Assembly: GCF_001194135.2 (NCBI RefSeq)
Contig: NC_069004.1
Location: 32,118,580 to 32,182,122, forward strand
Direction of reading: 5' to 3'
Source: Octopus bimaculoides
Taxonomy: Eukaryota
Length of the DNA: 63,543 nucleotides
In this document: positions 1 to 14,169 of the stretch, piece by piece
Numbering within the stretch: position 1 is the stretch's first letter
Layout: each line of letters begins with the position of its first letter
Notes under the pieces: generated by a model
The model's input: only the letters and a program-made list of their open reading frames with translations
The model's database searches: none
What the model was told of the DNA's origin: nothing
Translations under genes and position numbers: made by a program

Positions 1-1107
1 AAACATTTCATTACATTTAAATTTCTATCTTACAAACTGAAAAGGGAGCTTGACAAAATTAACTAAATTAGCATAGAATAAGGGTTTCATATTTTTTATG
101 ATTAAGATCTAAACTGTTAATATATGAATGCGAAAGAGATAGTTGAATGACTGTAAATCTACTTTTGGGCCACCCTATATGCGTGTGGGTGTATATATAT
201 ATATGTGGGGGGGTGTATATATATATATATATATATATACCAAGACTAATTGTGTTTGTCTGCATCATTATGTGTATTTGTTACAAACATGTGTAAGTAT
301 ATATATCACGTTTGTATGTGCATGTGTGCTTAACACACAAACACACATATCTACATGTATGTATGTGTGTCTGTCTATATATATCTATATATATATACAC
401 ACACACACACACACCCAAAGGTATAACCGCAATCGTCCCCTCCTGTTTTCTATGAGGTTTTGTTTTTATTATTATTTTCTATTCTCCAATTCCATCTGTT
501 TCCTGTAAAGGAAGAGCAGGTTTTTCTACTACACACACACACACACACGTACATACACACATATACAAACACATGCATATGCACACACAAGTATACATCA
601 TCTATCATTAATTCTCATCAACTTGGGGCTAGAACATCCTCATCACTACCACCACCACCACCACCACCACCACAAATACCACCCTCGCCACCAAGACTAC
701 CACCACCACCACCATTTTCATCAAAACACATCACCATCATCATCAATAACAGACCATCATCATCACCATCATCAATAATAATAACCTCTACAAACAACAG
801 AATTTCAATTCCTCTCTCTACCACTAAAAGACTAAAAGTTGGACGCATTAACAGGCAATAGTATAGTCCTAGATACACTATGCCAGAAAGACAGGATAGC
901 CATTGCTGGAGGGTTTTTGATCTTAGGTCTGCTGGCTCAGTAACAGACATGGAGCAAACGGAACAAGGAAAATCACATTGCTTCAAATTCCACCGAGGTA
1001 GACTTTGCCCTTCGTCCTTTTGGGGTCGATAAAATAAGTATGAGTCAAGAACCACAAAATTTCAAGCCTTTCACCCATAGACGGAAGGATTATTATTATT
1101 ATTATTG

Positions 1108-1550
1108 AATGAGAGAGCAATGCATGCTGTCAAAGTGACGCTGGGGTAAAATATACGAAGCTCAGTATATCCATCATAAGTATATCCATCTCATAAGTGT
1201 ACACCAGGCACATGCATCACAACCATATGTGCGCAACATGGTGATCTCATATCAAGATAAACAGTGCATGACCTTGCAGGTGGGGCCCAGTTAGGATTTT
1301 GTTCAGGCTGAGTAGCCCATCCTGCTCAAAAGGTCCCTGAATAATGTTTGTTGAAGGATGTTGAATGAAACACCCCTATTTCCAGAGGTTAATTATCCAA
1401 ACCTCAAAGAATCCCTCTCAACACATGGCTATGACGTTCTTCCCCGATACTTCTGCTCATGATCAGAGATGCACATATTGTCAACCCCCAAGGGGCATTC
1501 TCCACTGGTTAAGGTCAAACAACTCACAAGCAAATCTGTGGTATTGAGCA
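1108..1550 (+). repeat. Unclassified interspersed repeat of about 440 bp (family D)
   Basis: Full inverted copy at about 37808-38245 and a fragment at 9960-10055, each adjoining an (ATT)n run. Confidence 0.75.
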
Positions 1551-2369
1551 AAATATTTACTGTAGCATTATTATTATTATTATTATTATTACACCAGGAG
1601 GAATTTTCCTGATTCAAAGAATTTCATTCATTAAGCAACAAATGTCGCAAGATGTAATTCTCCACCAGAGACCCACCCTTCCACCGCTGCCAGTTTCCAA
1701 TGAACTCTTCTTCCGGTACATTCCAGTTTGTTTATGACAATCTAATTAGTATTTATTAATAATTATTACTAGTTTGGCTTTTTGGGGGGGGTTTTTTCCA
1801 GAGGAAGGAGGACAAAGGCCCAAAGCATTTCAAGTCTTTCACTTTGGTCACACAGCGTATGTATGTGTGTGTGAGTGTGCTCACACACACACACACACAG
1901 CAGTTTTGGCAGCGCAAACAAGATAAATAGAATTCAAAACACGAGAGTGTGTATGTATGTACACACATATATATAGATACATACACACACACACAGCTAC
2001 ATTTAATTTTAAACAGCAAAAAGTTACAAAACAGCTAAATGTCTGAGGGTTTTGTGCATGGCACATATCAAGCACTGAATCATACACACACACACATACA
2101 CACACGTGCGCGCACAGTCCAGTTAGTTCAGTTGGTAAAGCATGAGACTCAATCTCGGGGTTGTGGGTTCAAGTTCTGCATTGGGCAAAATATATCTTTG
2201 TTTAGAAAAAAACTGTCCGACGAACAGGAACGTGAAACTCTGAGTAGCAGTTTTTGTGATATTTTTGCTGCTTTTTAATAAAGCATATTACTCTACCTCT
2301 GGTATTCGAGTACTATTTTTTCCCACTTTGTTTTGCATTTATGTGATTACTCTGGTACATATATATGTC

Positions 2370-2572
2370 GATCAAAACAGTTTGATTCGGAATTCTCGGT
2401 ACTCTGAGTTTCAAGCACATGGCTAGTCTTCGGCCACTGGAGTCTGAATGAGGGTTCGATTGAAGAGTCTCTTCAATCGAACTCTCATTCAGAGTTCAAT
2501 GGCCGAAGACTAGTCACAGCCACATGCTTAAAACTCAGAGTACCAAGGAACCTGAATCAAACTGTTTTGATC
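2370..2572. repeat. Foldback inverted repeat with arms of about 100 bp
   Basis: Centre CGATTGAAGAG-T-CTCTTCAATCG at 2457-2479; pairing extends out to GATCAAAACAGTTTGATTC and GAATCAAACTGTTTTGATC. Confidence 0.85.
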
Positions 2573-2638
2573 TGCACATGTAACTCCCAATGAATATGTT
2601 GAGTGACCTTCTTTCACTTGTCAACTCACTCGTACATG

Positions 2639-2683
<45 letters not shown>

Positions 2684-3419
2684 TTTAAAACCAGGCATCA
2701 TGTAGTGAGCTTTCCCTGGACACTATCCCACAGCAAATGGACATTATTTAAACAAAGCCAGCATCAGTTGTCAAGCGTTGGTGGGGAGATAAACACAGAC
2801 ACACAAACATATACACATATACATATATACGACGGGCTTCTTTCAGTTTCCGTCTACAAAATCCACTCACAAGGCTTTGGTCGGCCCAAGGCTATAGTGG
2901 AAGACACTTGCCCAAGGTGCTATGCAGTGGAACTGAACCCAGAACCATGTGGTCGGGAAGCAAGCTACTTACCACACAGCGACGCCTGCGTTTATATGCT
3001 TTGCCAAAATACCTTTTGCTGAACAGTTCATTATGGGTAGAGGAGCAGGCATCCAGACATACAGACAGACATACGTACAAACATGTATACAGACACATAG
3101 ATATAAGTAGACATACAGACACACAGAAAGATAGACACATACACACACATGCATACATATATATATATATATATATTAGCATACACATATACATACATGC
3201 AGACAGACACAGACATAAAAGGACACACAGACAAAGATAGACATACATACAATACAGACAGACACCACATGCACAGCAATTTAAGACCAATTATAACACT
3301 CCCCCATCAGACTCATTCACACACACACTAATGAGAGAAAAGTAGGGTTGGGGTGGGGGACAAGGGAAAGAAGCAGTTTGGGGTCAGGTGGGGGAGGAGG
3401 GGGTGCGCTTAACCCCCAT

Positions 3420-4207
3420 NNNNNNNNNNNNNNNNNNNNNNNNNNNNNNNNNNNNNNNNNNNNNNNNNNNNNNNNNNNNNNNNNNNNNNNNNNNNNNNNN
3501 NNNNNNNNNNNNNNNNNNNNNNNNNNNNNNNNNNNNNNNNNNNNNNNNNNNNNNNNNNNNNNNNNNNNNNNNNNNNNNNNNNNNNNNNNNNNNNNNNNNN
3601 NNNNNNNNNNNNNNNNNNNNNNNNNNNNNNNNNNNNNNNNNNNNNNNNNNNNNNNNNNNNNNNNNNNNNNNNNNNNNNNNNNNNNNNNNNNNNNNNNNNN
3701 NNNNNNNNNNNNNNNNNNNNNNNNNNNNNNNNNNNNNNNNNNNNNNNNNNNNNNNNNNNNNNNNNNNNNNNNNNNNNNNNNNNNNNNNNNNNNNNNNNNN
3801 NNNNNNNNNNNNNNNNNNNNNNNNNNNNNNNNNNNNNNNNNNNNNNNNNNNNNNNNNNNNNNNNNNNNNNNNNNNNNNNNNNNNNNNNNNNNNNNNNNNN
3901 NNNNNNNNNNNNNNNNNNNNNNNNNNNNNNNNNNNNNNNNNNNNNNNNNNNNNNNNNNNNNNNNNNNNNNNNNNNNNNNNNNNNNNNNNNNNNNNNNNNN
4001 NNNNNNNNNNNNNNNNNNNNNNNNNNNNNNNNNNNNNNNNNNNNNNNNNNNNNNNNNNNNNNNNNNNNNNNNNNNNNNNNNNNNNNNNNNNNNNNNNNNN
4101 NNNNNNNNNNNNNNNNNNNNNNNNNNNNNNNNNNNNNNNNNNNNNNNNNNNNNNNNNNNNNNNNNNNNNNNNNNNNNNNNNNNNNNNNNNNNNNNNNNNN
4201 NNNNNNN
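3420..4207. other. Assembly gap (one of 14)
   Basis: Other N runs: 6635-6847, 11938-12108, 17221-18110, 21958-22097, 24559-25487, 28534-29278, 30264-30345, 31720-31729, 42546-42874, 44484-44719, 50750-50799, 52036-52844 and 62049-62229. Most abut microsatellites. Confidence 1.
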
Positions 4208-7200
4208 CACCACCACACACACCCACACACATCTATACACCTACATCCACCCACCCATACAAACTCACATATCTACCTAAACCCACACAAGACAAAGACA
4301 ATACATACACCCATACACCTACATTCATCCACCCTCTAATACACCGCCATCTAACTCCTCCACACACACACACAGCCAACCACCCAACCCCACCCACACA
4401 ACACCCTCTCCAAATAACACATCAAATCCTGAAGATGAATCAGAGGAAGTCAAGAAATGATGATGGATTAAGAAATCATATTGTTCCAAATATGCTGCAG
4501 GGGTTAAATACAAAAGTGTGTGTGTAGTGGGGTCTGTGTGTAAGTGGGTGTGTTTCTTTTAGTTGCCCCTGTTTTGGACGAATAACGATTTCTTTTTTTA
4601 TGTACAGGGATGGCTATGGGGTTAAGAAGTTCACTTTGCAACTACATGGTTTCAAGTTCATGGCACACAGTGCTGCATCTTGGTCAAGTTTCTTCTACAC
4701 CTCTAGGACTGACCGATGCCTTGTGAATGGATTTGGTAGATTTAAACTCTGTGTGTGTGTGTGTGTTGAGTCCTATCATGCTGTAAGCACCGATTCTAAG
4801 ACCTCAGCACAACACTGGAGTTAAGCAGTGTCTATCTTGCACAATAGTCAGATGGTTGGTCACTTAGGAAGCCTTAGGGTGTTGTAAGCATTCTATGTGA
4901 AAAAGGTACCTCAATATGGTCTCAAGACCATATTGAGGTACCTTTTTTTTACACAGAATGCTTACAGTACCACTGGACTGAAGCTATTAACACACACACA
5001 CACACACACAGCTGTATGTGTGTGTCTGTGTATACATATATACACACACACAAAATTCCAACCTAGTCAGATTTTCCTGTTTTATTATTTACAATTTTCT
5101 ACATCATAACAGAATATTATATATTTACTGTGATAAAACTAGTACTTTCATGTGTTACACAATCATCAGGTTTATGTAGTAGTAATAGTGACAGCCATGT
5201 TCCACAATTGACAATTGTAGTGAAATGATTAAATGTCCTTTAATCACCTTCCAATGGGCTCCAGTAGGTTGTATCTTATGAACTGTATTTTGACCAATCA
5301 GTATGAGGCTTAGATGTCATGGTTTGGTGAGTGCACCAACTATATATCATCATTGTCATTGTTTGATGTCTGCTTTCCATGCTGGCATGGGTTGGACAGT
5401 TTGACTGAGGGCTGGCAAGCCAGAGGCTGCACCAGGCTCCAATCTGATCTGGCAATGTTTCTACAGCTGGATGCCCTTCCTAATGCCAACCACTCCAAGA
5501 GCGTAGTGAGTACTTTATAAGTGCCACTGACATGGGTGCCAGTTACATAACACCACTATTTCTCTTGGCTTGATGGGTCGTCTTCTCAAGCACAGCATAT
5601 TGCCGAAGGTCTCAGTCATCTGACATTGCCTCTGTGAGGCCCAGCGCTATATATGTGTGTGTGTGTATTTCTATGTTTATGCTTGTCCCCTACAATTGAC
5701 AACCTATGCTGGTGTGTTTATGTCCTCATAACCTAGCAGTTAAGCAAAAGAGACTAACTGAATATTTACCAGGCTTTAAAAAAAAAATAAGCACTGGGGT
5801 TGATTCATTTGACTAAAATGCTGCAAGACGGTGCTGCAGTATGGCCATAGTCTAACGATTCAAACAAATAACAGCTAAAAGATAACCAGGAGCTCATGCC
5901 TCTGCTGCAAAGGCACGCTTCATTATTGCCCCAAATTAAGAAATCTTCATGTAAATGACATTTGATTCCATTCAAGAGATAAATGGTAACGGTAAACTAA
6001 GAACCAACTTTGAGGGATTGAAACGTTCAAGTGAGGGCATGATGTAATGAGAGAGCAGGGAAAGGGGCTGGTGAAGGATGGGGAAGAGGATTTACCCAGG
6101 AGGGATCGACAAAACACAGGTTTAAACAAGGTTTTGGTAATTTAGGGTGTAATGTGAACGGATATATAAATACACCTGAAGGGTCCCAGGGAGCCCCGTG
6201 TAATTCAAGCAAAGCTGTTAGTTATAGCACTGAAATCTTACCGACACCAGACATTGTTGTCATCATCATCATCATCATCATTGCATTACCAATCATCAGT
6301 GTCATCATTATCCTTATTGTCAACACCGTCATCGCCAACGCCAGCCATAGAAAATCTGCCTCAAATAAATTCTGTCCAACCCATGCCAGCATGGAAAACT
6401 GGACGTTAAAAACGATGGTGATGATAATCCTTTCTACTAAAGGCACAAGGCCTAAAATTTGGGGGGATGAGGAATTATGTACATTATTTACATTCAACGG
6501 ATATTTGTCCTCATCTTGTTTGTTGCTAACACAATGTTTCGGCTGATATACCCTCCAGCCTTCATCAGGTGTCTTGGGGAAATTTCAAACCTGGGTTCTC
6601 ATTCCTAAGGTATTTTTCGATGTTATTAAATAATNNNNNNNNNNNNNNNNNNNNNNNNNNNNNNNNNNNNNNNNNNNNNNNNNNNNNNNNNNNNNNNNNN
6701 NNNNNNNNNNNNNNNNNNNNNNNNNNNNNNNNNNNNNNNNNNNNNNNNNNNNNNNNNNNNNNNNNNNNNNNNNNNNNNNNNNNNNNNNNNNNNNNNNNNN
6801 NNNNNNNNNNNNNNNNNNNNNNNNNNNNNNNNNNNNNNNNNNNNNNNCTGCTTGTGCCACATAAAAAGCACTAAGTCCACTCTGCTGAGTGGTTGGTGTT
6901 AGGAAGGGCATCCAGCTGTAAAAATCCTGCCAAAACAGACACAGAAGTTTGGTGCAGGCTTCTGCTTGGTCAGCTCCTGTCAAACCCTCCAACCCATGCC
7001 AGCATGGAAGGCAGACGTTAAATGATGAGGACGATGATGATGATGATTAGAGGGTTAAGTTCCAATGTCCAAAAGTAAATTTATAACTTTTACCTTCACT
7101 AATTTTATCGTTTCACTGTCAAAAGCTTAGACAATCCATTTTTAGAGTGAAATTTATAAAACATCAACCACATTAAGTTAGTTTAGTCGTAATACCTCAC

Positions 7201-8842
7201 TCACCACTTAGGTGGGCACAAGGCCTAACAACTACTTAAAGTGGGGGGCTACAATAAAAAAAAGGTTAAGAACCAATGGACACGTGCACACACACACACA
7301 CACACACATACATACAGAGGTTCCTGGCCAAACTAGCCGGACGTTTAACAACAAGTGGTTTTAGTGGCATGTGGTACTAAGATCAAATGGTCAGCAATGT
7401 CTAGCACACAAGTGGAACTGAGGAAATGAACAAGAGTTAATATTAGTAGTGACCTCACAGGCCAGTGACAAAGTGTGGATGTAATCACTTGACCTTAATA
7501 TAAGCAGGCCAAAGCTTCATCAACAGATACACCCCACCACCACCACCACCACTCTTAAAAAACTGTTGTCTTGGCAAGACCACAGGTTCATTAAGCTGGT
7601 ACCTAATACTGTCTGTGAAGTGTTAAGAGACAAAGTATGAGACTTTAGCCCTGGATGGGATGCTAGCCCATTGCTAAGTTAAATCCCATCTCACTCCCAC
7701 CACGTGTTACTGGTATCCATTTTCAACTAGTTACACTGGAGCAACATCAAATGAAGTACACATATGCGCAAGCACGAGTGCTTGTGTGTATGTGTGTGTG
7801 TGTGTGTGTGTGTACCCGTGTTTGTCACGCTCCATCGCGTGAGGAATGGTGTCAGTGTGCTTACAATCCCCACAACTTAGTGGTTCAGCATAAGAGAATG
7901 ACAGAATAAGTACAAGGCTTAAAAAACAAGACTTCGCCTTTCAGGTGCCGGTGCCACTTAAAAAGCACCCGAGCCGGCACTGCATGGGCATCCCTGTGTC
8001 CATACTATGTAGATGCACCCACACCTGTGCTCCGTAAATGCACCCGTGTCTGTGCTGCGTAAATGCACCAATGTTGGTGCTGCATAAAGGCACCCGTGAC
8101 AGTGCCACATAAAAAGCACCCAGCACACACTTAAGTGGTTGGCATGAGGAAGGGCATCCAGTTGTGGAAACCATGCCACAACAGACAATAGGAGTCTGGA
8201 CAACTCCCCAGCTGGTAAGCTCCATGTCAAACTGTCCAACCCATGCCAGCATGGAAAGCAGACGTTAAACAATGAGGATGGTCAATATATTTAAATATGG
8301 TTCTTCAGAGTGGTACCCCAACACGGCCACCACCTAATAACCGAGACAAACAAAAGGTAAAGATTACCCCTGGCCCTACCCTAACTTAAAGGGTTACTAT
8401 ATTAACCACAGTTCAGCCAACAACTCGGTGAACTCGGTGAGGGTCTGCAGAGTTAAACAATGTCCAGGGTCACCTTCTGAAGGTTTTAACAAGGGCTGCA
8501 CAATAACCTTGATGCGTGATACAGCATCATAGATTTTTATGTGGGTACACGAACAGCACAACACCTGTAGGCATAACCTGTCCTTAAGGAAAGGGGCAAT
8601 ACCATTAACTTTATCAGCTTCCTTAAGAGAAATAGAATCGTTTCCCCCTTGTCGTTTCTGGAGGGGAAAAACAAGGTGCTTGTATGTTTTAAAATAACAA
8701 CAAAGCATTTCTTTGTCAGTTTGCCCTCCCAGTGCTTCTGTCCATTGACCTTTTCCGTTTTGTTATTCATAACGAGATGGAGGAAATTCTAGAGTTAACT
8801 AACAAGGTAGAAATAACAACTGAAACAACGAGACATATATAT

Positions 8843-8883
<41 letters not shown>

Positions 8884-9101
8884 CACAGATATTCACATAC
8901 ACTCACACAATTTACACACACACATTCACTCAGACATACACATACACTCACATATACATAGAGAGAGATACACTCAGAAATATTTACACATACACACACA
9001 CATTTATATAGACAGACATACACATACAGTCACATATTTACACACACACACACACATATATATATACACATAGACATACATATACACTCATACAAATATT
9101 T

Positions 9102-9175
<74 letters not shown>

Positions 9176-9619
9176 TTGTTATCAAAGCAAATTGGCTGCA
9201 ATCCAATGAGCTGAACAGTATCAAGAACAATGAATAAATTAAACAGGTCCTAATTGAAGGTCATCATTAATATCCCCATCATCATTATCATTACTGAAGG
9301 TGGTAAGCTGGTATAATCATTAGCACACTCGGTAAATTTCTTTGTGGAATTTTGTCTGTCTGTGCATTCTGAGTTCAAATTCCACTGGGGGTCAACTTTG
9401 CCTTTCGTCTTTTTGGGGTCAATAAAATACCAGTCATGTACTGGGATCGATGAAATCAACCAACCCCTTGTCTAAAATTTCAGTCAAACGTATAATAGAG
9501 AAGACCTTGCCTTTCATTTTTTGGGGGTCAATAAGATAGGCACCATTTGAGCACTGGGGTCAGTGTAATCATCTCATCCCTTCACCCCGAAATTGCTGGC
9601 CTTGTGCCAAAATTTGAAA

Positions 9620-9643
9620 CCATTATTATTATTATTATTATTA

Positions 9644-9677
<34 letters not shown>

Positions 9678-9703
9678 CATTATTATTATTATTATTATTA
9701 TTA
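9620..9703. repeat. (ATT)n microsatellite, representative of very many simple repeats
   Basis: Other long runs: (GT)n at about 13700-13752, (GATA/GACA)n at about 20830-21110, and (TA)n at about 35651-35708, 36526-36591, 49209-49282 and 59693-59759. Confidence 0.95.
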
Positions 9704-9960
9704 ACTCCGCCTTAGTGAAGGTGGAGGTATTGTTTTCAGTTGTGTTTGTTTGTCCGTGGACAAGATATCTCAAGAACCGCTGGATGGATTCGGATGAAAC
9801 TTTCAGAGATGTTTGGCCTCGTGACTGGCTCAAACTGATTAGATTTTGGGATTGATCTGGTACCAGACAAGGATTCTGGATTATTTTACTTGTTCTTTTT
9901 CACTTAATTTTTGAGAGCGATTGGGTTCATTTTTAGTATTCTCGTTTGTGAGAGCAGTCA
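9704..9960 (+). mobile_element. 3'-truncated HINE/DINE-1-like element
   Basis: Colinear with the reverse complement of about 15165-15433. Confidence 0.65.
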
Positions 9961-10051
9961 AGATCAAAATGAACAGTGCATGAGCTTGCAGGTGGGGCCC
10001 AGTTAGAATTTTCTCCAGGTCGAGTAGCCCATCCTGCTCAAACGGTCCTTG

Positions 10052-10088
<37 letters not shown>

Positions 10089-10416
10089 CACTTGTCGAAC
10101 AGCTTTTCATGGCACTCACATGAGGCTAGTCTTACTCCCAGCACAACACTCACATGAAATTAGACTCAGTCCAACACTCACAGAAAACTGGTCTCACTCC
10201 AACACTTCACCACCACCCAACATACAAAAAAAAATAGTCTCCACTCCAACACTCACACTCACAGAAAGTGAGTCTCACTCCAGCATCCCCACCTGAAGAA
10301 GCTAGTCTCCACTCGAAGACACCCCCAAACCCACCCCTCCATTTGATACAATATACACCAGACTACATCCAGCAGACAGTAAAATAAATAAATAAAATAA
10401 AATAAAAATAAAATAC

Positions 10417-10489
10417 CTGATTCTGTGAGCAAAGTCTATCAGCTGGCTCTTGTTACCTTGGTAACAGGCACCATGCTAGATAATGTGAT

Positions 10490-10520
<31 letters not shown>

Positions 10521-10620
10521 GGAGTGGGGAATAGACTGCAGGGAGGTAGAAGGGCGGGGAGGGGACAGGAGATACCCCAAACAAGAATTACAGTCAGCTG
10601 CTAACAGCTGATTGGTCAAA
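10417..10620 (-). promoter_or_regulatory. Candidate internal promoter and short non-coding first exon
   Basis: CTGATTGGTC (NF-Y CCAAT) 10608-10617; CAGCTG E-boxes at 10605, 10595 and 10440; GGGCGGGG 10552-10559; GTTACCTTGGTAAC (RFX X-box) 10452-10465; CAG|GTATTT donor at 10417|10416. Confidence 0.5.
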
Positions 10621-13600
10621 AGTATATATATAGCCAACCACCAACACCACCCCACACACACATACATCATGCAGTCACCACCAGAACTAGCCACCACCAC
10701 CACCATTATCACCACTACTACTACTACTACTACCAGCACCACCTCAACTATTATTATTACAACACCACTTCTACTACTACTACTACTATTACTACTATAC
10801 TACTACTACTACTACTACTACTCTGTTGTACATTAAGCAACACGTTAAGTGGATATTAAGAACCTGCAAAGTTAATTCTGACAGAGCTGATAAAATGTAA
10901 AGAATTAATTAATAAATGCTCGCAGCTACGTGTATATATATATATATAGGTTATATAACGAGATATATAGGTTATATGTAACGATATAGGATATATACAG
11001 GTTTATAGATGAGACATGTCATATCTAGGTGAATGGGTTAAACTAGGTACATCTGGTATATATTACAGATAACTAGGTTATAGAGGAGATATCTCGTAAC
11101 TAGGTACGTATGGTTGAACTAGGTACATGCTTTAAATTAGATACAGGGGATATATTAAGAGATATGACCGTCACTGAGGTACCCAGGTTAAAACAGATAT
11201 ATAGTTTAAAGAACAGTAAATAAGCGGCCCCACACCACACTCACTTTCTCCCTACGCCCATCTCCCTACACAGATGCACCCCCTGTACATATGCACAACA
11301 CCCTGTTTTTTCTTCTCTTCGTACTCCTCCCCATAGAGCTGCATTTCCATCTGGGGCCCTAAACTTTTAGCTTCTCTCCATTACCAATATAGGTGCAGGC
11401 GTGGCCATTTAGGCGGAGGCATGGTTGCGTGGGAAGAAGCTGCCTTCTCAGCAACATGGTTCTGGGTTCAGTCCCACTGTGGGACACCTTGGGAGGAGAG
11501 GGGAAGAGTTCATGTCATTCATGTTCAATCAATAAATCATCTCTCTCTCTCTCTCTCTACACACACGCATGTACCCATACTAGTGGCATATAAAAGGCAC
11601 CCTTCGAATGTGGGGCCTCACAGAGGCAATGATGAGTGACCAAGACTTTTGGCGATACACCTTTCTTGAGAAGACACGTGAAGCTAAAAGAAATCATAGT
11701 TGTGGCCAATGCTGGTATCACGTAACTGGCACCTGTGTGAGTGGTGCATAAAAAGTACCCATTACACTCTTGGAGTGGTTGGCGCCAGGAAGGTTATCCA
11801 ACTGTAGAAACATGCCAAAACATATTGGAACCTAGTTTAGCCCTACAGCTTACTAGTTTCAGTCAAACCGTGTAACCCATGCCAGCATGGAAAACAGATA
11901 CTAAATGATGATGAGGATATATATATATATATATATANNNNNNNNNNNNNNNNNNNNNNNNNNNNNNNNNNNNNNNNNNNNNNNNNNNNNNNNNNNNNNN
12001 NNNNNNNNNNNNNNNNNNNNNNNNNNNNNNNNNNNNNNNNNNNNNNNNNNNNNNNNNNNNNNNNNNNNNNNNNNNNNNNNNNNNNNNNNNNNNNNNNNNN
12101 NNNNNNNNAAGAAACACACAAAAACCGTTAGATTCACTTCAACATTTAAATTTATTTTGCCAAAATATTTTCATCGCTTTGAAACTGCGACCGATTCACT
12201 GTGCAGCACGGAATTTTGTCAGTGAACAGGTCATGGTCTCAAAGCAACAAAAATATTTTGACAAATTAAATTTAAATGATGAAGTAAATCTAATGGATTT
12301 TTTGTGTTTTTAAATGACTTATAAACACCTTCCACGCTGCAATTGTTTTCGTTCCAGCAAATGATCTCAGATCAGGTCACTTGCTATGCAAGTACATCTC
12401 CATAATATATATATGCAAGGACTGTGGATTGACTCTTGACCAATGCCTCCATCTACCAAACTTCACTCATAAGCCATTGGTTAACCGAAAGCTACGATGA
12501 AAAGTGTTACCACCTGACAAATGTGTATGTTCCATGCAGTAACATTGAACACAAAACCATGTGGTTGGCTGAGAGGCAAACTTCTTAACCATACAGCTAT
12601 ACCTATGCAACATGAACATCTATGCTCGAGAAGGGCAAAATAGGGAAATGCAACAATCTAGTCTAGCCCAAAATATAAGTAGGCATAGGATCAAAGACGT
12701 TCCACCTATGACCATCCCATCCTATCCTTTTCTCAAAGTATTGTATGTCAAGGATTACAATTATCCAATGCGTCCCCTCCCTTTGCAAGATGTTAAGAGT
12801 ACCACATAAAGGGGATTTGGCTACAATTTCTAGCAGGCTGGGCGACCACATGCATGCTCCATTAGAAGTACCAACTGCATGTGAAAAACCATGCTGTAGA
12901 GACAGCCATCTTTGGGAAAGACAGAGTTTATTGAGGTGGATTTTCTACAGCTGGAAGCCTTTCCTGTCACCAACCCTTACCTGTTTCCAAACAAGGTAAT
13001 ATTTCCCCAGGGCCAGATATGGCTTTCCATGGAAGACTGGAAATAAATGACACTGCTTGTGTAACAGTGATGTTTATTTACAACAATTATATGTCAAGAC
13101 AAAGATACATACACACAAAGTGAGGGACTTTAGGTGATGGCCAACCAGCATGGAATTCTATAGAAGGAGGGGGAAAATGGCAGGGGGAAGGGCTTTTCAA
13201 AGTGTGGGATCTTGTATGAATAGTTGAAGTAAAACAAGGGCTTGGGTCCCCCAAGGCCTGTTGACCAATGTCCCTGATAATCCAATATACCTCTACCCCT
13301 CATTTATTACAATGTCCACTTTCAAACACTTATGTAGTTAAATGACTAATAAATGTATATATATTCATACCTATGTATATATACATCATCTCTTGCCTAA
13401 TTATACACACACACATATATATGTGCATATACACACACATATACAAGGTGTGTGTGTGTGTGTGTGTAAAACAAGTATACACATTTTCAAAATTATTTAA
13501 ATGCCTGATAATAATTAGAACAAAACATCACCCACACACATATATACACACAGGCACACATAGTGTTTGTATACACACATAATACACACACATACACAAA

Positions 13601-13695
13601 TATAGCAAAACAGTGCTTCTATTAAATGTGCTGTGAGAGTTTGTGTACGTGGTGTGTGTGTGTTTGTATCACAGATACATATATAATAGAGCAAG

Positions 13696-13754
<59 letters not shown>

Positions 13755-14107
13755 CTGGTTAAATTTGATGTAGTTCACAGAGAAAGAAGATGTGAACCGC
13801 AACAAGTGACATGACTCGTCCAACACAGGTAACAGAAAGAACAGCTGTGAAATAATGATGATGATGATGATGATGATGATGATAACTATGGTGATGATGA
13901 TGATGATGATGGTATAGTTTGCAGAACAATTAAGTCAACTTCGTTTTCAGAATTACTTTTGAATTATTTGTTTGGAATATGTAAAAAAAAAAAAAAGTTA
14001 AAAATAGAATATTCTTTAAATAAAAACAAAGAAATGTATGTATATACCCAGACACACACACACAATGTATATTTTTATTTATATCTTAGTTCAATTATAA
14101 CAATGAG

Positions 14108-14169
<62 letters not shown>

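Noticed and set aside
618-1055. 145-aa minus ORF ending in a Gly/Asp-rich tract
   Set aside because: Built from a SINE-C fragment and (GGT)/(GAT) repeats; no recognisable domain.
3317-4527. Long ORFs spanning N runs (also at 17.1-18.2, 24.4-25.5, 28.4-29.5, 42.4-43.0, 44.3-45.0 and 51.9-53.0 kb)
   Set aside because: They are open only because N codons are not stops.
5292-5301. Isolated GACCAATCAG NF-Y motif
   Set aside because: No accompanying promoter motifs, CpG enrichment or donor.
8397-8708. 103-aa non-repetitive-looking minus ORF
   Set aside because: No ATG start, no homology recognised, and no convincing paired splice sites.
9547-9855. Poly-Ile and poly-Leu 'transmembrane' ORFs, and the IYIY, THTH and VCVC ORFs throughout
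   Set aside because: Translations of (ATT)n, (TA)n and (CA)n microsatellites.
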